Notes under the pieces: model-generated
Told to the model about the DNA's origin: nothing
Databases searched by the model: none
Seen by the model: only the letters and a program-made list of their open reading frames with translations
Made by a program: the position numbers and the translations under genes
Shown: positions 59,501-64,000 of the stretch, piece by piece
How positions within the stretch are numbered: position 1 is the first letter of the stretch
Layout of the letters: each line of letters begins with the position of its first letter
NCBI GenBank assembly: GCA_965655095.1
Contig: OZ296653.1
Coordinates: 9,920,001 to 9,984,000 of the forward strand
Reading direction: 5' to 3'
DNA: 64,000 nucleotides
DNA from: Haplodiscus bocki
Taxonomy: Eukaryota

Positions 59501-62500
59501 ACTTGGGTGGAACCAATCCGAACAAAAATTCTCGAGGAAAAACTAATGAATGACTTAACAAAACAAAGGTACACAAATTACGGTTATTCACGAAAAAAAC
59601 GATCACGGATCTTGAGAGAAGCTCCTGCTGGCATCGAATAGTTGCATAGCACAAAACGGACCCAATCCGAACATTAGTCAACAAGATAACTTTTAACGAA
59701 CGGTATAAACAACATCTTCTTTCTACCACTTGAAAGTGACGATAATGGGTAGAAAAATTAAAAACAGACAATGCTGGCAGCTCATCAGAAGCTAAAAGTA
59801 GCGAGTAGCTGAATCATCACTGGATAAAAACAATTCAAACATTAGTCATCAAGAGCAAGGTTTGACAAAGTCTTCGATTTTTCAAACAAGTTCCTAAAAC
59901 TGACTAGCAGAAGAGGCCAGAGAAGTGGAACAAGACTATCCCAGCTGCTCATCAGAAAAGTCAGGAAGCGAGTAGTTGAGATAGCACTGGGTGGCACCAA
60001 ACCGCAAAGCAGTTAAAAAACAAAGCCGCCTAAGGCGGATAGGACTTCGGAAAAAATTTGGGATAACTAAAGAACTTTTGCGTATAAGCTGTGCTTACAG
60101 GGGCCACAATTCATCCCACCAAATTATTCTCAATGAGAAATTCGTCAAGCAAGAAGACTATGATAGCTTATGAAAAACTAACTGGAAGCTGTCTTTCAAA
60201 AGGACGTTCAGAAAATGCGCTAATGAATACCAGCAAAATGGAGATTAAAATGGCTGTACATATAAAAACTAACAGAGGATACCCTGCTAGTAATTAAAAC
60301 TTCCAATTTTTGGTTGATGCATGGGCAATGAACGATGATGAATTAATCGTTAGCGAGAACGCAGCAAAAGTGAAGCGAATCAATTTTCAGAAAACATGTA
60401 AAGATGTTTGATTGAAACGCAAATGGGAATACCACCTCTGTCACCCTGACCAGCTTTTAGGTATGAGAAAAGAGAAATCGAGGAAATGCTATATGGACGA
60501 AAGTGATTAAAAAACGTTTCTGACGAAAGACTAAGAAGAGAACTTCTTAGATTGGCCTATGACAAGCAAAACTGTTTTCCCTGAAAACTATGCGTCAGAC
60601 CATCCCAGCTTTTTAATGGATCCTCCGAGCAGTGACTAATTTGTTGAGCATGAATTGACATTAGACCTTTAGTTTTCCAAGAAAAGCGCCTTCGAGGAAC
60701 GAAAGTAACAAACCTCATCCATTCCACAAAAACCAGTAAAAAATTCCTTCGCCATAAAAGTTGGCAAAGACAATCCCAAACGCGTATTAGATGCTACAGG
60801 ACGCGAGTTTAGTCAGCACTTGGGTGGAACCAATCCGAACAAAAATTCTCGAGGAAAAACTAAGGAATGACTTAACAAAACAAAGGTACACAAATTACGG
60901 TTATTCACGAAAAAAACGATCACGGATCTTGAGAGAAGCTCCTGCTGGCATCGAATAGTTGCATAGCACAAAACGGACCCAATCCGAACATTAGTCAACA
61001 AGATAACTTTTAACGAACGGTATAAACAACATCTTCTTTCTACCACTTGAAAGTGACGATAATCGGTAGAAAAATTAAAAACAGACAATGCTGGCAGCTC
61101 ATCAGAAGCTAAAAGTAGCGAGTAGCTGAATCATCACTGGATAAAAACAATTCAAACATTAGTCATCAAGAGCAAGGTTTGACAAAGTCTTCGATTTTTC
61201 AAACAAGTTCCTAAAACTGACTAGCAGAAGAGGCCAGAGAAGTGGAACAAGACTATCCCAGCTGCTCATCAGAAAAGTCAGGAAGCGAGTAGTTGAGATA
61301 GCACTGGGTGGCACCAAACCGCAAAGCAGTTAAAAAACAAAGCCGCCTAAGGCGGATAGGACTTCGGAAAAATTTTGGGATAACTAAAGAACTTTTGCGT
61401 ATAAGCTGTGCTTACAGGGGCCACAATTCATCCCACCAAATTATTCTCAATGAGAAATTCGTCAAGCAAGAAGACTATGATAGCTTATGAAAAACTAACT
61501 GGAAGCTGTCTTTCAAAAGGACGTTCAAAAAAATGCGCAAATGAATACCAGCAAAATGGAGATTAAAATGGCTGTACACATAAAAACTAACAGAGGATAC
61601 CCTGCTAGTAATTGAAACTTCCAAATTTTGGTTGATGCATGGGCAATGAACGATGATGAATTAATCGTTAGCGAGAACGCAGCAAAAGTGAAGCGAATCA
61701 ATTTTCAGAAAACATGTAAAGATGTTTGATTGAAACGACAATGGGAATACCACCTGTGTCACCCTGACCAGCTTTCAGGTATGAGAAAAGAGAAATCGAG
61801 GAAATGCTATATGGACGAAAGTGATTAAAAAACGTTTCTGACGAAAGACTAAGAAGAGAACTTCTTAGATTGGCCTATGACAAGCAAAACTGTTTTCCCT
61901 GAAAACTATGCGTCAGACCATCCCAGCTTTTTAATGGATCCTCCGAGCAGTGACTAATTTGTTGAGCATGAATTGACATTAGACCTTTAGTTTTCCAAGA
62001 AAAGCGCCTTCGAGGAACGAAAGTAACAAACCTCATCCATTCCACAAAAACCAGTAAAAAATTCCTTCGCCATAAAAGTTGGCAAAGACAATCCCAAACG
62101 CGTATTAGATGCTACAGGACGCGAGTTTAGTCAGCACTTGGGTGGAACCAATCCGAACAAAAATTCTCGAGGAAAAACTAATGAATGACTTAACAAAACA
62201 AAGGTACACAAATTACGGTTATTCACGAAAAAAACGATCACGGATCTTGAGAGAAGCTCCTGCTGGCATCGAATAGTTGCATAGCACAAAACGGACCCAA
62301 TCCGAACATTAGTCAACAAGATAACTTTTAACGAACGGTATAAACAACATCTTCTTTCTACCACTTGAAAGTGACGATAATCGGTAGAAAAATTAAAAAC
62401 AGACAATGCTGGCAGCTCATCAGAAGCTAAAAGTAGCGAGTAGCTGAATCATCACTGGATAAAAACAATTCAAACATTAGTCATCAAGAGCAAGGTTTGA

Positions 62501-64000
62501 CAAAGTCTTCGATTTTTCAAACAAGTTCCTAAAACTGACTAGCAGAAGAGGCCAGAGAAGTGGAACAAGACTATCCCAGCTGCTCATCAGAAAAGTCAGG
62601 AAGCGAGTAGTTGAGATAGCACTGGGTGGCACCAAACCGCAAAGCAGTTAAAAAACAAAGCCGCCTAAGGCGGATAGGACTTCGGAAAAAATTTGGGATA
62701 ACTAAAGAACTTTTGCGTATAAGCTGTGCTTACAGGGGCCACAATTCATCCCACCAAATTATTCTCAATGAGAAATTCGTCAAGCAAGAAGACTATGATA
62801 GCTTATGAAAAACTAACTGGAAGCTGTCTTTCAAAAGGACGTTCAGAAAATGCGCTAATGAATACCAGCAAAATGGAGATTAAAATGGCTGTACATATAA
62901 AAACTAACAGAGGATACCCTGCTAGTAATTAAAACTTCCAATTTTTGGTTGATGCATGGGCAATGAACGATGATGAATTAATCGTTAGCGAGAACGCAGC
63001 AAAAGTGAAGCGAATCAATTTTCAGAAAACATGTAAAGATGTTTGATTGAAACGCAAATGGGAATACCACCTCTGTCACCCTGACCAGCTTTTAGGTATG
63101 AGAAAAGAGAAATCGAGGAAATGCTATATGGATGAAAGTGATTAAAAAACGTTTCTGACGAAAGACTAAGAAGAGAACTTCTTAGATTGGCCTATGACAA
63201 GCAAAACTGTTTTCCCTGAAAACTATGCGTCAGACCATCCCAGCTTTTTAATGGATCCTCCGAGCAGTGACTAATTTGTTGAGCATGAATTGACATTAGA
63301 CCTTTAGTTTTCCAAGAAAAGCGCCTTCGAGGAACGAAAGTAACAAACCTCATCCATTCCACAAAAACCAGTAAAAAATTCCTTCGCCATAAAAGTTGGC
63401 AAAGACAATCCCAAACGCGTATTAGATGCTACAGGACGCGAGTTTAGTCAGCACTTGGGTGGAACCAATCCGAACAAAAATTCTCGAGGAAAAACTAATG
63501 AATGACTTAACAAAACAAAGGTACACAAATTACGGTTATTCACGAAAAAAAACGATCACGGATCTTGAGAGAAGCTCCTGCTGGCATCGAATAGTTGCAT
63601 AGCACAAAACGGACCCAATCCGAACATTAGTCAACAAGATAACTTTTAACGAACGGTATAAACAACATCTTCTTTCTACCACTTGAAAGTGACGATAATC
63701 GGTAGAAAAATTAAAAACAGACAATGCTGGCAGCTCATCAGAAGCTAAAAGTAGCGAGTAGCTGAATCATCACTGGATAAAAAGAATTCAAACATTAGTC
63801 ATCAAGAGCAAGGTTTGACAAAGTCTTCGATTTTTCAAACAAGTTCCTAAAACTGACTAGCAGAAGAGGCCAGAGAAGTGGAACAAGACTATCCCAGCTG
63901 CTCATCAGAAAAGTCAGGAAGCGAGTAGTTGAGATAGCACTGGGTGGCACCAAACCGCAAAGCAGTTGAAAAACAAAGCCGCCTAAGGCGGATAGGACTT
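32590..64000. repeat. Tandem satellite array, ~1308-1322-bp unit, ~24 copies, runs off the window end
   Basis: Anchor gtggcacc...gcag recurs at 33679, 34993, 36304 ... 61308, 62626, ~63945; no long ORF. Confidence 0.98.

Noticed and set aside
33679-63724. Recurring 60-91 aa ORFs in the satellite
   Set aside because: Mostly non-ATG starts, broken by indels between units, no motifs; they recur only because the DNA repeats
32590-64000. Satellite as a 5S rRNA gene array (tgggaatacca, gaccat(a/c)ccag, ttag...cacttgggtgg resemble 5S pieces)
   Set aside because: The fragments are hundreds of bases apart and do not form a colinear ~120-nt gene
32590-64000. CRISPR-like array
   Set aside because: Whole units repeat with no unique spacers, and the context is eukaryotic

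Overview
Eukaryotic, animal-like DNA (GT-AG introns, axonemal dynein) in four parts. (1) 297-15141: a young, almost intact Ty3/Gypsy (Metaviridae) LTR element of retrovirus-like complexity. It has ~1.01-kb LTRs differing at only two visible sites, a GTAC target-site duplication, a tRNA-Leu-type PBS, gag with two CCHC knuckles, a TTTAAAC -1 slip site, and pol ordered PR-RT-RNaseH-[TARG1/OARD1-like macrodomain]-IN. It also has a class I fusion (F-like) env, a 3' accessory ORF with a coiled coil and an HPD J-domain, and a small transmembrane ORF in the leader. A single splice donor inside the LTR (AT|GTAAGC) would build the ATG of both env and the J-domain ORF. A 1768-bp internal tandem duplication repeats PBS, leader and 5' gag. 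(2) 16520-19155: two exons of an outer-arm (DNAH5/DNAH8-like) dynein heavy chain, followed by an unidentified antisense, possibly nested gene. (3) 22606-32137: an older, decayed env-bearing Gypsy element (ATTGT TSD) that also carries a TARG1-like macrodomain, placed after integrase instead. (4) ~32590-64000: a ~1.316-kb tandem satellite (~24 units) with higher-order structure. Best candidate for an undescribed system: endogenous enveloped Gypsy viruses carrying an ADP-ribose-removing macrodomain and an Hsp70-recruiting J-protein, expressed through splice-assembled start codons. All comparisons were made by eye or from memory of the protein families, and novelty was not checked against any database.
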